This document shows positions 9,774-19,817 of a stretch of 55,847 nucleotides of DNA, in pieces (position 1 is the stretch's first letter; every line of letters begins with the position of its first letter). A program made the position numbers and the translations under genes. Under the pieces are notes generated by a model. The model was not told the origin of the DNA. It was given only the letters and a program-made list of their open reading frames with translations, and made no database searches. Source of the stretch: Methanobacteriota archaeon (GTDB taxonomy: Archaea > Thermoplasmatota > Thermoplasmata > RBG-16-68-12); assembly GCA_005879065.1 (NCBI GenBank), contig VBLU01000003.1:1-55847 (forward strand). Direction: 5' to 3'.

Positions 9774-10532
9774 CTACCGCTCCCGCCATTCGTATAGCCC
9801 CCACGCCGCGGCGAGGCCCACGGCGGTGGAAAGGACCAGAAGCCCTCCGTCTACGGCGAGGTTGGCGGGGCCTCCGAGCCCCAGGGCCCCTTGGACGAGT
9901 AGGGCGGCGTAGGTGGCGGGCAAGAGCCGCGCGACCCCTCCCCAGACGGGCGGGAGGATGGAGATCGGATAGTAGAGGGGCGACAGGATCCCGAGCAGGG
10001 TGAAGAGCAGGTTGCCCACCGGCCAGACCTCCCGCTGGCTCCGGAGCCGGGTCGAGACCGCGATCCCGATGGCGGAATAGAGGACCCAGATCGTCAGGAT
10101 GCATCCGATCAGCACGAGCCATCCCCCGAGGGAGACGTAGGTCACGTTCGCGAGGATGACTCCGAGGACGACGAGGGCTGGCATCGCAGGGATGAGATTC
10201 GAGAACGCGACGCCGAACAGGTAGCGGACCTTGTCGTGCGGCGAGGCAACGAAGATGTCCTGAAGCCGGAGTTCGATCCGGAATACGGCGGAATCGGACA
10301 GGCACCAACTACCGATGTTCTGCGTCGAGAAGAGCATCGCACCCGCGACCTGCAACGGGAAGTACTTCGGCGGCGCAATGACGGAGAGGAAGTACAGGAA
10401 GAAGAACGGCTGCAGGAGGGGCACGATGGCCGCGGCGGGACTGCGCCAGACCCACCTCCATCCGATCCAGGCCCAGGCAGGGAGCACGCGCCCCCGTTGT
10501 GGCTGGGAACGGAGCTGGACGTCGGTGGCCAT
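9774..10532 (-). CDS. ABC-2 type exporter permease
   Basis: Six hydrophobic segments, LSPLYYP...LLPATY; follows ATPase and second permease; start MATDVQ. Confidence 0.85.
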   Translation of the reverse strand: MATDVQLRSQPQRGRVLPAWAWIGWRWVWRSPAAAIVPLLQPFFFLYFLSVIAPPKYFPLQVAGAMLFSTQNIGSWCLSDSAVFRIELRLQDIFVASPHDKVRYLFGVAFSNLIPAMPALVVLGVILANVTYVSLGGWLVLIGCILTIWVLYSAIGIAVSTRLRSQREVWPVGNLLFTLLGILSPLYYPISILPPVWGGVARLLPATYAALLVQGALGLGGPANLAVDGGLLVLSTAVGLAAAWGLYEWRER

Positions 10533-10534
10533 GG

Positions 10535-11281
10535 TCAACGCTCCCGGGCCATCCTCCGGGCCCAGTAGATTCCAAACACGAACAGGATCACGGCCTCGGC
10601 GGCGAGGGCGACCGCGGCGACCGTCCCCTCTTGCCGAGTCACCGGCTCGAGCCCAGCGGCCGCGTTCACCAGGATCGCGGCGGCGCTCGTTGGGACGATC
10701 AAGACAAGCGACCGCCACTCGATGGGCACCTTGCTCAAGGGATAGAACACGGGGGGCAGGATGCCGAACAGGTTCGTGAGCAGCGCCGAGTAAGGCCAGA
10801 TCGTCTTCATGTCCTTGAACAGGGTCGAGACGACGTAACCGATCGTGGACGAGACCGCCCACACGGCGAGAAGGCACACCGCGAGCGTGAGGCCCGCCAC
10901 GAGGCCGAGCGGGTGAATGAGTTCCAAGATGCCGAGGACGACCAAGCTCGGCGGCAGATAGGCGACCAGCATTCCTCCCGCGATTCCGACGAAATATCCT
11001 TCCGGCGATAGAGGGCTTGCGTGGTACAGCTCGTTCAATTTGTGGTCGATCCGGATGTACGCGGCCTCGTTCAGGACCCGTTGTCCGATCAGGAACATCG
11101 AGTACACGAGGGCGCCGATCAACGTGACCGGCAGCAGATCCGCCGCGAGGATGGCGACGAACACGATCAGCGCACCCGGCGTCAGCGTGCCGGTCACGAT
11201 CGCGAGCCATTCGTGGAACTGCACCCGGATCTCCGTGGCGAAGAAGGCGCCGGAGCCGGACCAACGGAGTCCAAGGGCCAT
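10535..11281 (-). CDS. ABC-2 type exporter permease
   Basis: Hydrophobic, LPPVFYP...IVPTS motif paralogous to its neighbour. Confidence 0.85.
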   Translation of the reverse strand: MALGLRWSGSGAFFATEIRVQFHEWLAIVTGTLTPGALIVFVAILAADLLPVTLIGALVYSMFLIGQRVLNEAAYIRIDHKLNELYHASPLSPEGYFVGIAGGMLVAYLPPSLVVLGILELIHPLGLVAGLTLAVCLLAVWAVSSTIGYVVSTLFKDMKTIWPYSALLTNLFGILPPVFYPLSKVPIEWRSLVLIVPTSAAAILVNAAAGLEPVTRQEGTVAAVALAAEAVILFVFGIYWARRMARER

Positions 11282-11285
11282 GCGA

Positions 11286-12224
11286 TCACTCGGCGTCGAT
11301 CGATCGGCCGACGATCGTCAAGAACGCCTCCTCGAGGGTCACCGGACCCACCGTCGCCGACAGGCGGTTTCGAAGGGCCACGTCCATGATCTCGTGGATT
11401 CGCTCCGGCCCTGTGATCACATACAGGGCGTTCCCCTCTTCGACCAGCTGGCCGAAGGCCTGGAACAGATTCCGTTGGTGGCCCCCGTCCTCGATGGAGA
11501 CGCGCAACGTCCCACCGATCTGACGTTTCGCATTCTCCGCGGTCCCTTCGAAAAGGACGCGGCCTTCTTCGACGATGTACAACCGCTCGGAGAGCGCCTC
11601 GGCCTCGTCGAGGTAGTGGGTCGTGAGTAGGACCGTGGATCCTTTCTGCGTGAGTTCCCGGAGCATGTCCCACACGGCTCGTCGCGCAAAGGGATCGAGC
11701 CCGATTGTCGGCTCGTCCAAGAACATGAGCGGCGCCTCGGTCGCCATCACCGTGGCGACCATCGCGCGTTGCCTCTGTCCGCCGCTCAAGGTGACGCTGA
11801 GACGGTCACCGACCTCCTCGAGCCCCATCTTCGCGAGCGCCTCTTCGGTACGCGCCCTCGCGGTGTCCCGAGCGAATCCTCGGGCGCGCAGGTAGCAGTA
11901 GACTTGCTCGCGGGGCGTGAGGTGGAAGAACGGCTTCCCTTCCTGCGGCACGACCGCGATGAGAGGTCGCACGCGTTCCGGTTCATCGACGACGTCGAAG
12001 CCGAAAGCATGAATCCTCCCGGACGTCGGGATTAACAGGGTGGAGGCGATCCGCAGGAACGTCGTCTTGCCCGCGCCGTTCCGGCCGAGGAGGGCCACTC
12101 GCTCCCCGCGACGGATGGAGAGGGACACGCCCCGGAGCGCCTCGACGCCCAGCCCCTTTCGGCTGCGGTACACCTTCCGGACGTCCCTCGCCAGGAGGGC
12201 TTCCTCGGTCACGGGCCGGTGCAA
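11286..12224 (-). CDS. ABC transporter ATP-binding protein
   Basis: GRNGAGKTT, LSGGQRQR, FLDEPTIGLD, TTHYLDEAE. Confidence 0.95.
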   Translation of the reverse strand: MHRPVTEEALLARDVRKVYRSRKGLGVEALRGVSLSIRRGERVALLGRNGAGKTTFLRIASTLLIPTSGRIHAFGFDVVDEPERVRPLIAVVPQEGKPFFHLTPREQVYCYLRARGFARDTARARTEEALAKMGLEEVGDRLSVTLSGGQRQRAMVATVMATEAPLMFLDEPTIGLDPFARRAVWDMLRELTQKGSTVLLTTHYLDEAEALSERLYIVEEGRVLFEGTAENAKRQIGGTLRVSIEDGGHQRNLFQAFGQLVEEGNALYVITGPERIHEIMDVALRNRLSATVGPVTLEEAFLTIVGRSIDAE

Positions 12225-12260
12225 GCGAAGAGCGCGTATAAAGCTAGATTCCGAGTCGGA

Positions 12261-12827
12261 TTAGGTCCACGATTTCTCGGAGCCCGACGCTTCGCCACCG
12301 CCCATCATCGCGAATGCCGCTTGTCGCTTCGCTTCCTTCTCCTGCTCGCTCATCTTAACGGCCATCGAGACGGACCAGATGTGGCCGAACGGATCCTGGA
12401 GCTTGCCGTATCGTTCCCCCCAGAATTGGTTCTCGAGCGGCAACGTCGGTTTCGCCCCTGCGTTCAAGGCCTGGTTCCAAAGTTTGTCGACGTCCTTCGC
12501 GTTGATGTGCAGATTGACGGTCGTCGCCCCCGCATGCGTCGGACTCTTCGAATCGCCGCCCGGGAACTCATCGGACATCATGATGACGGAATCCCCGATC
12601 CGGATCGTCGCGTGCATGAGGGTGCCATCGGGCATCGGTGACCGGTCGATCTCCTTCGCGCCGAACGCCCTCTTGTAGAACTCGATCGCCTTCGAGGCAC
12701 CCTCGATCACCAGGTAGGGCGTCACGGTGCGCATCCCACTCGGCCTCGCTGGCGTCTGCGTTTTTCTCTGGGCTGGTCTGCGGGTCGATTTCTCTCTCGT
12801 CGTTGCGCGCTTCGTGCGTCGTGCCAT
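12261..12827 (-). CDS. VOC/glyoxalase (PhnB-like) protein with basic N-terminal extension
   Basis: TVTPYL...AIEFYKRAFGA, FWGERYGKLQDPFGHIW; GGGGAG SD before MARRTK. Confidence 0.9.
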   Translation of the reverse strand: MARRTKRATTREKSTRRPAQRKTQTPARPSGMRTVTPYLVIEGASKAIEFYKRAFGAKEIDRSPMPDGTLMHATIRIGDSVIMMSDEFPGGDSKSPTHAGATTVNLHINAKDVDKLWNQALNAGAKPTLPLENQFWGERYGKLQDPFGHIWSVSMAVKMSEQEKEAKRQAAFAMMGGGEASGSEKSWT

Positions 12828-12873
12828 GTAAAACTCCCCGGGTCGCAAGACGGGTCGGCCACTTAAGGATAAC

Positions 12874-13446
12874 TCACCGTGCCGCGGACGCGGGCTCCGG
12901 TCCCAACCAAAGGCCCATGAGGACCTCGTCGACGAACTCGCCCCGGATCCGGACATGCCAGCGGCGGACTCCTTCCTGGACGAAGCCGAGGGATTCATAC
13001 AGACGGCACGCACGATGGTTCGTGGCGAAGACCGCCAACTCCGCCTTTGCGAAACTCCGCGAGCGCATCCATTCCAGCACGCGTTCCATCATCCGGCGGC
13101 CGAGGCCGGCCTCGCGCCAGCCGTCCTGGATCGCGATTCCGATGCCGCCGACATGGCGGTCCTTAGGGAAGGGCCCGGCGTGACAATCCGCCGCTCCGAC
13201 GACCTCCCCGTCTGCGACCGCGACGAAGAGCACGTTGCGCTCGCCGTCGAAGCCGGAAAGCCACCGTTGCTCCTCCTTCAGGTTAGGCACCTCTTCGAGC
13301 ATGAGGTAGACCTGTTCTCGGCCGATGCGGTTCGCGTTGCGCATCGTGGACTCCGCGTCATCCATCCGGCCGGGCCGCAGCAACACCGTCCGCCCGTCCC
13401 GGAGGGTGAAGGCTTCCTCTCGCATCGGGTCCGCCATGAGGCTCAC
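12874..13446 (-). CDS. GNAT family N-acetyltransferase
   Basis: WREAGLGRRM, NHRACRLYESLGF; GTG start overlaps pdhA stop (alternative ATG 13437). Confidence 0.88.
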   Translation of the reverse strand: MSLMADPMREEAFTLRDGRTVLLRPGRMDDAESTMRNANRIGREQVYLMLEEVPNLKEEQRWLSGFDGERNVLFVAVADGEVVGAADCHAGPFPKDRHVGGIGIAIQDGWREAGLGRRMMERVLEWMRSRSFAKAELAVFATNHRACRLYESLGFVQEGVRRWHVRIRGEFVDEVLMGLWLGPEPASAAR

Positions 13447-14540
13447 AGCGGGAACTTGTCCAGGACCTCCGGACGACGCCGCTCCCCGGAGGCCAGGTAC
13501 GCCTCCATCTGCTCCTTAACTTGCGGGCTCATGTCCGCGAAGACGTCCCCGAAGAGCGTCTCGATCGGAGGCGGAGGATTCCGTTCGACTTCTTTGATCG
13601 TATTCTGAACCAGGTCGTCGAGCTCGGCTCGCAACGCGTCGTCTCGATCCTTCGACCAGAGCCCCTTTAATTCCAGGTACTTCCGCATGCGATCGATCGG
13701 GTCGCGCCGGGCCCAGGCCTCGACCTCCTCCTTCGGACGATATCGGGTCGGATCGTCGCTCGAGGAATGCGGGCCCATCCGGTAGGTCACCCCCTCGATC
13801 ATCGTGGGACCGCCACCGGCCCGCGCCTTGTCCACCGCGGCCTTCGTGGCGGCGTACACCGCGAGGAGATCGTTGCCGTCGAGTCGGACGCCGTCCATGC
13901 CGTACGCCCGGGCCTTCTCGGCCAGGGTTTTCGACGCGGTCTGTTTCGCGACGGGGACCGAGATCGCCCACTGGTTGTTCTTGCAGAAGAAGATTGTCGG
14001 CGCCTTGAACACGCCAGCGAAGTTCATCCCCGCGTGGAAGTCTCCTTCGCTCGTCGCGCCGTCCCCGAAGTACGTCAGGCTGACGGAGTCCTCCTTGCGG
14101 ATCTTCGCAGCCCAGGCCGTGCCGACGGCCTGTGTGATCTGCGTCCCAACCGGACTCGAGGTCGTGACGTAGCGGATGCTGGCGGATCCGAAGTGGTTCG
14201 GCATCTGACGGCCGTATTGCGGATCCTGGGCGTTCCCGTAGGCCTGGGCGATCAGCGTCTCGAGAGGGAACCCCCTCCAGATGGCGGCCCCGGGCTCGCG
14301 GTAGGCAGGGAAGACCCAGTCGCGCTTCTCGAGCGCCATCGCGCTCCCGATCTGGCACGCCTCCTCTCCCGTGCTCGGCACATAGAAACCGATTCGACCT
14401 TGGCGTTGCAGCGAGAGCATGCGCGTGTCGAGCGTCCGGACCAGGACGAGGTGGCGATACGCCGTCTTCAGGACTTCCGCCGGGAGCTTCGGTTCCATCT
14501 TGGAATCATACGTCCCGTCCACGTCGACGATGCGGAGCAT
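13443..14540 (-). CDS. pdhA: 2-oxoacid (pyruvate/branched-chain) dehydrogenase E1 alpha, copy 1
   Basis: LQRQGRIGFY, GRQMPNH, TPP motif FGDGATSEGDF...NNQWAIS, YRMGPHSSSDD; start may be ACG 14555. Confidence 0.93.
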   Translation of the reverse strand: MLRIVDVDGTYDSKMEPKLPAEVLKTAYRHLVLVRTLDTRMLSLQRQGRIGFYVPSTGEEACQIGSAMALEKRDWVFPAYREPGAAIWRGFPLETLIAQAYGNAQDPQYGRQMPNHFGSASIRYVTTSSPVGTQITQAVGTAWAAKIRKEDSVSLTYFGDGATSEGDFHAGMNFAGVFKAPTIFFCKNNQWAISVPVAKQTASKTLAEKARAYGMDGVRLDGNDLLAVYAATKAAVDKARAGGGPTMIEGVTYRMGPHSSSDDPTRYRPKEEVEAWARRDPIDRMRKYLELKGLWSKDRDDALRAELDDLVQNTIKEVERNPPPPIETLFGDVFADMSPQVKEQMEAYLASGERRRPEVLDKFPL

Positions 14541-14559
14541 GCCTTCTTCGGTCGTCCTC

Positions 14560-15456
14560 TCACCCCCGCGAATCTCGCCGTCGTTCCCGGATGACCTTCT
14601 CCATGAAAAATTCGCCGGCTCGGTACGACGAGCGGACGAGCGGTCCGGCGGCGACGTAGATGAAGCCCATCGCCTCGCCCGCCTCGCGGAATCGGTCGAA
14701 GGCCTCCGGCGGAACGTACTCCTGCACAGGGAGATGCCAATCGCTCGGTCGCAGATATTGGCCCAAGGTCAGGATGTCCACGTTCGCGGCGCGAAGGTCC
14801 CCCATCGTCTCGAGGACCTCCTCGCGCGTCTCCCCCAGGCCGAGCATGATCGAGGACTTCGTGAAGAGTCCGTCGCGCATGCCCTTCGCTCCCCGGAGGA
14901 CGTGAAGGCTCTGCGCGTAGTTGGCGCGGCGGTCCCTCACGACGGACTGGAGGCGTTCGACGGTCTCGACATTGTGGTCAAGCACGTCCACGCCGGCGTC
15001 GACGACGGACCGCACCGCCTCGAGGTCTCCCTGGAAATCCGGGATGAGGGCCTCGACGAGCAAGTCGGGACGGCGGGCCTTGATCTCCCGCACCGTCTTT
15101 GCGAAGTGGGCCGCGCCTCCGTCGGGCAGGTCGTCGCGATCGACCGATGTGAGCACGACGTAGGTGAGGTCCATTTCGGCGAGGGCGATCGCCACTTTGG
15201 TCGGTTCGTCCAGGTCGAGGGCTCCATGCGGATTGCCCGATTTCACCGCGCAGAAATGGCAGCCGCGGGTGCAGGTGTCCCCCATCAGCATGATCGTCGC
15301 GGTCCCTCCGCCCCAACACTCCCAGACGTTGGGGCAATGGGCCTCCTCGCACACGGTATGCAAGTCCAGGGAGCGGACGAGGCTCTTCAGGCGACCGTAG
15401 TTCTCACCGGCCGGGGGTCGGACCCGGAGCCACTCCGGTTTCCGCTCCGCGAGCAT
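14560..15456 (-). CDS. lipA: Lipoyl synthase
   Basis: [12 protein letters not shown] auxiliary cluster motif, CTRGCHFC radical SAM motif, VRSSY. Confidence 0.96.
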   Translation of the reverse strand: MLAERKPEWLRVRPPAGENYGRLKSLVRSLDLHTVCEEAHCPNVWECWGGGTATIMLMGDTCTRGCHFCAVKSGNPHGALDLDEPTKVAIALAEMDLTYVVLTSVDRDDLPDGGAAHFAKTVREIKARRPDLLVEALIPDFQGDLEAVRSVVDAGVDVLDHNVETVERLQSVVRDRRANYAQSLHVLRGAKGMRDGLFTKSSIMLGLGETREEVLETMGDLRAANVDILTLGQYLRPSDWHLPVQEYVPPEAFDRFREAGEAMGFIYVAAGPLVRSSYRAGEFFMEKVIRERRRDSRG

Positions 15457-15512
15457 GACTCCCATCTTATCGTCGACTCCGCTTATGAGCCTGAGCCCTC
15501 GCGCGCATCGCG

Positions 15513-15827
15513 TCAGCCGAATCGGAACTCGACACCGTAGGAGCCGCGAGGGTAGCTCCAGTGGATCGCGTCCTTCCCGATGTGCTTGCACACGATGGCA
15601 CATGCGCCGAGCTCGATGCACCCTTCCGTGTTGTAGACCAACGCGCCCTTCTCCAGGTGGTACACCTTCGAGGGACACACGTACAGGCAAGGCTTTGTCT
15701 CGCACGTGCGACACACGTCCGTGTCGACCGTGATGAACGGCTCCTCGTCAAACTCGAACCGGTCCAGGCCCACGCGCTCGTCCACGGTCAGGGGCTTCGA
15801 AGCGTCCGCCTTCGGGGGTTCCGGCAT
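15513..15827 (-). CDS. fixX: FixX-like ferredoxin
   Basis: [41 protein letters not shown]-terminus; near fixCAB. Confidence 0.88.
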   Translation of the reverse strand: MPEPPKADASKPLTVDERVGLDRFEFDEEPFITVDTDVCRTCETKPCLYVCPSKVYHLEKGALVYNTEGCIELGACAIVCKHIGKDAIHWSYPRGSYGVEFRFG

Positions 15828-15985
15828 AAGGAACATCGTCGAAACCGGGAGCCGGTAATAAAGGGTTGGTGGCCCGTGGAGGGCCACGTTATCAGCGGAG
15901 GCAACCAGGGGGAAACCTTCTATAGGATTGGTCCGGCATCGTCGCGCTCGTCCGGCGCAATTCGGCGACGGAAAGGGTTCGTCCC

Positions 15986-16582
15986 ATGCCCGCGCGTGAC
16001 CGGAAGGCTTCGACGATCGATCTGGCCGAAGACCTGTCGGTCCTCTCTCCCGAACGAGCGAAGGAATTCCTTGTTGCGGCCTTGGAACCCGACACACGTT
16101 CCGGCGTGCTCCGCTTCTCTAAGGTCCCGTCGGTCATCGTCCGCCCGGAGGCGATCGTGAATATCCAACGACAGCTCGAGCAGACGATCGGCGGGTCCTC
16201 GAAGGGCATCCTGTACCTCTCTGGGGAACGCAGCGCTCGGGACGGAATGAATCCGTTCGAATCGATCGTGTCGACGCGCGCTCCGCTCACCCTCGCCAAC
16301 GCGCGGCGGCTCATGGACGCCTCGGCCCTCCTCGGTTGGGGTCGCCTGGAGATCTCCCTCTTCGACCCAGAGAACGGCCGCCTGGTCCTCGCGGTCACGA
16401 ACAGTCCTCTCGCCCGAGCCTACGGCGCGTCCAAAAAACCCGTGTGCCACTTCCTCACCGGATGGATCGCGGGGCTCGGCCGGAGCCTCCTGGAGCGCGA
16501 GGTGCTCTGTGAAGAGACCGCATGCGCCGCGCAAGGCCGCGGACGTTGCGAGTTCGAATTGCGGCCGATCGGTCCTCCCTGA
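15986..16582 (+). CDS. V4R domain-containing protein
   Basis: GWGRLEI, PVCHFLTGWIAG, EETACAAQGRGRCEF. Confidence 0.88.
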   Translation: MPARDRKASTIDLAEDLSVLSPERAKEFLVAALEPDTRSGVLRFSKVPSVIVRPEAIVNIQRQLEQTIGGSSKGILYLSGERSARDGMNPFESIVSTRAPLTLANARRLMDASALLGWGRLEISLFDPENGRLVLAVTNSPLARAYGASKKPVCHFLTGWIAGLGRSLLEREVLCEETACAAQGRGRCEFELRPIGPP

Positions 16583-16639
16583 CCTTTCGGAGAAAGACTT
16601 TTACCCGTCCCGCTTTTCCGAGGCGGGAAGCGGGAGACC

Positions 16640-17932
16640 GTGGAGCGTTTTGATGCCATCGTCGTCGGAGCGGGACCCGCGGGTTCCTCGGCCGCGCTGA
16701 CCTTGGCGCGCAAAGGGTTCTCGACCCTCCTCGTCGAACGCGGACGGTCGCCGGGCGTAAAGGGCATGTTCGGCGGGCGGATTTATTCCTGGGCCCTCCA
16801 AGACCTTCTCCCGGACTGGGCGAAGGACTGTCCCGTCGAGCGCTACGTGGTCCGGGAGAACATGGTGTTCCTGACCGAGGACGCGTCCCTCGGGATTTCC
16901 TTCGATTCGACGAAACTCGGGCAAGGCCGGGCCGCGAGCTTCACCGCGGTGCGCGCCAAGTTCGACGGATGGCTCGCGAAGAAAGCCCAGGACGCCGGCG
17001 CGACGCTCGTGACCGGGATTCGGGTGGACGACCTCTGGAAGGAGGACGGCCACGTCCGCGGCGTGATGGTCGCTCCGAACGACCGGGTCGGTGCCGATGT
17101 GGTCGTGATCGCGGAAGGGGCGACGTCGATTCTCACGAGAGCAGCGGGCCTGAAGGCGGACCTGGAACCGCGCGAAGTGTCGGTCGGCGTGAAGGAGACG
17201 ATCGAGCTGCCCGCGGAAACGATCCAAGAACGGTTCGGACTCGGGGAGAAGGAGGGCGCCGCGTTCGTGTTCGCCGGCCAGAGTTCCCTGGGTCTCCGCG
17301 GCGGGGGCTTCCTCTACACGAACCAGTCGACGATCTCCCTCGGCCTCGTCGTGTCCTCGGAAGACCTTTCCCGCAAGAAGGTCGAAATCCAGGAGGTGCA
17401 GAATCGGTTCCGCCTGCATCCCGCGGTCCAACGATGGATCCGAGGTGGCAAGGTGGTCGAATACAGCGCCCACCTGGTCCCGGAACTCGGGGCGGGCATG
17501 ATGCCCCGGCTCTGGGGGGACGGCGTCCTCGTGGCGGGCGACGCCGCAGGGTTCCTGATCAACAACGGATACACGTTTCGCGGTGTGGACCTGGCGATTG
17601 CCTCGGGGATCGCCGCGGGTGAGGCGGCGAACGCGGCCCGCTCCGCCGGCAGCATGAGGGCGGCGAATCTCGCGGCCTACGACCGGTTTCTTCGAGCGAG
17701 CAACGTGCTGACGGATCTCGAGCGGTTCCGGCGAGCACCGCTCTACATGAAGAACGAGCGCCTCTTCGACGTGTATCCGCGCATGTTGATGGAAATCGCC
17801 GAGCGGCTGTACACCGTGGACGGAAGCGGACAACAGCGGCTCGTGGACGCCGTCCTGGAGCAGGCGGCCTCGGCGGACGTCCCGAAACTGAAGATGCTCC
17901 TCGACCTGTTGCAGGGAGCCCGATCGATGTGA
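16640..17932 (+). CDS. fixC: FixC-like ETF:quinone oxidoreductase flavoprotein
   Basis: VGAGPAGSSAA, GMFGG, GGGFLYTN, EYSAHLVPE, AGDAAGF..RGVDLAIASG. Confidence 0.9.
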   Translation: MERFDAIVVGAGPAGSSAALTLARKGFSTLLVERGRSPGVKGMFGGRIYSWALQDLLPDWAKDCPVERYVVRENMVFLTEDASLGISFDSTKLGQGRAASFTAVRAKFDGWLAKKAQDAGATLVTGIRVDDLWKEDGHVRGVMVAPNDRVGADVVVIAEGATSILTRAAGLKADLEPREVSVGVKETIELPAETIQERFGLGEKEGAAFVFAGQSSLGLRGGGFLYTNQSTISLGLVVSSEDLSRKKVEIQEVQNRFRLHPAVQRWIRGGKVVEYSAHLVPELGAGMMPRLWGDGVLVAGDAAGFLINNGYTFRGVDLAIASGIAAGEAANAARSAGSMRAANLAAYDRFLRASNVLTDLERFRRAPLYMKNERLFDVYPRMLMEIAERLYTVDGSGQQRLVDAVLEQAASADVPKLKMLLDLLQGARSM

Positions 17933-18753
17933 GTGGCCCTCCGTCCGGGATGCGCCCGATGCGCATCATCGTGTGCATCAAGCAGGTTCCGAAGGCCCAG
18001 GAACTCCAGGTCGATCCGGTCACGCAGACGTTGAAACGGGTCGGCGTGCCGAGCGAGATCAACCCGCCGGACGCGAATGCCCTGGAGATCGCCCTCACGT
18101 TGAAGGACCGTCACCCGGCTGAGGTCGTCGTGCTCTCCATGGGACCGACCTCCTTCGACGAGAGCCTGGAGCGGGCCGTGGCCATGGGGGCGGACCGATC
18201 CGTCCTCCTGACGGACCGCATCCTCGGAGGATCGGATACGGTGCCGACGGCGTACGCGCTGAGCGAGACGATCCAGAAGATCGGCGGATACGATCTCATC
18301 CTGACCGGAGAGGAGACGACGGACGCATCGACGGGTCACGTGGGCCCGGGGATTGCGGGCCATCTGGACCTGCCGCAGATCACCTACGTGTCCGAGGTCC
18401 GGATTGTCGACAACACGGTCCGCGCGCGCCGGACCGCCGAGGATGGGACGGAATGGTGGCAGACGAACATGCCCTCCCTTTGCACTGTGAACTTTGGGTG
18501 CAACAAGCCCCGTTCCCCGACGTTGACGGGAAAGATCCGAGTGAAGCGCGGCGGCGTGATCGTCCACTGGTCCTGCGCCGACGTCGGGATCGACCCGAAG
18601 AAGGTCGGGCTGCTCAATTCGCCGACGATCGTCGCCAAGGTCGACACGATCCGGCTCCCACCCCGTGCGGGCCGGATTTTCTCCGGGGACGCGAAGGAGT
18701 CCGTCCGCGCCCTCCTCGACGCCCTGATCCGAGACCGGGTGGTCGCCCCGTGA
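17929..18753 (+). CDS. fixA: Electron transfer flavoprotein beta subunit
   Basis: IIVCIKQVP, INPPDANALE, AMGAD, GSDT; start may be ATG 17950 or 17959. Confidence 0.92.
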   Translation: MSGPPSGMRPMRIIVCIKQVPKAQELQVDPVTQTLKRVGVPSEINPPDANALEIALTLKDRHPAEVVVLSMGPTSFDESLERAVAMGADRSVLLTDRILGGSDTVPTAYALSETIQKIGGYDLILTGEETTDASTGHVGPGIAGHLDLPQITYVSEVRIVDNTVRARRTAEDGTEWWQTNMPSLCTVNFGCNKPRSPTLTGKIRVKRGGVIVHWSCADVGIDPKKVGLLNSPTIVAKVDTIRLPPRAGRIFSGDAKESVRALLDALIRDRVVAP

Positions 18754-19817
18754 CGGACGGCCATGTGCTCGAGGACAAGTCCCATTTCCGCGGGGTCTGG
18801 GTGTTCCTGGAGGGACGGGCGGGCGGGCTCCGCGACGTGAGCACGCAGCTGATCGGCGAAGGACGACGACTCGCCGATCTCCGGGGAACCCCCCTCACCG
18901 GGATCCTGCCCGGCCACGGGGTCGACGCGCTCGCAGAACGAGCGATCGGGTTCGGCCTCGACCGTGTGATCGTCGTGGACGATCCGATGTTGGAAATCTA
19001 CCGTTCGCGCCCGTACGCACAAGTGATGGCCCAGCTGGTCCGGCGGCAGAAGCCGGAGATCGTCCTGTTCGGGGCCTCGAAGAACGGACGGGACCTCGGA
19101 GGGCGGCTCCATGCGATCCTGGAGACCGGGCTCGCCGCGGACTGCGTGAAGTTCGACATCGACGCGGATGGCAACCTCGATATGATCCGACCGAGCTTCG
19201 GGGGGAAGAGCCTGGCCCACATCTTGTGCAAGAAGCACCGGCCGCAAATGGCCTCCGTCCGGAGGAACGTGTTCGTGGCGCCTCCGCACAATCCGGACCG
19301 CCGCGGCGAGATCGTCCACGAACGGGTGGAGCTGTCGCCGCAGGACCTCGATGCAAAGCTCCTCGAGTTCGATGAGTTCACCAAGGAAGGAGGCCTGCGA
19401 CCGGAGGAGGCGGACATCGTCGTGAGCGGCGGCTACGGCCTCGGAGACCCGAAGAACTTCCAATTGCTCCAGGATCTCGCGGACCGCCTTGGAGGGGCGA
19501 TCGCGGCTTCCCGAAAGGCCGTCGACAGCGGTTGGGTGCCGAAGACCCTGCAGGTCGGACAGACCGGGATGACGGTACGGCCGAAACTCTACATCGCCGT
19601 GGGGATCAGCGGCGCGGTCCAGCATCTGGCGGGAATGCAGGAGTCGGACAAGATCCTGGTGATCAACATCGACCCGAAGGCGCCCCTGTTCGAGATCGCG
19701 GACTATGGGATCGTCGGCGATCTGTTCGAGGTCCTCCCGGAAATGATCCGTCAACTCGACGCGCTCAAAGGCGGCGGAGTCGCCGGCCAGCCGGCGCTTC
19801 CGGCAGAAGCTCGCTGA
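18750..19817 (+). CDS. fixB: Electron transfer flavoprotein alpha subunit
   Basis: TGLAADC, RPSFGG, QVGQTG, YIAVGISGAVQHLAGM, ADYGIVGD; GTG start overlaps fixA stop. Confidence 0.93.
   Translation: MTDGHVLEDKSHFRGVWVFLEGRAGGLRDVSTQLIGEGRRLADLRGTPLTGILPGHGVDALAERAIGFGLDRVIVVDDPMLEIYRSRPYAQVMAQLVRRQKPEIVLFGASKNGRDLGGRLHAILETGLAADCVKFDIDADGNLDMIRPSFGGKSLAHILCKKHRPQMASVRRNVFVAPPHNPDRRGEIVHERVELSPQDLDAKLLEFDEFTKEGGLRPEEADIVVSGGYGLGDPKNFQLLQDLADRLGGAIAASRKAVDSGWVPKTLQVGQTGMTVRPKLYIAVGISGAVQHLAGMQESDKILVINIDPKAPLFEIADYGIVGDLFEVLPEMIRQLDALKGGGVAGQPALPAEAR

Noticed and set aside
19765..19817. 53-nt convergent overlap of fixB and lipB
   Set aside because: Involves only non-conserved C-terminal tails; common in compact GC-rich genomes
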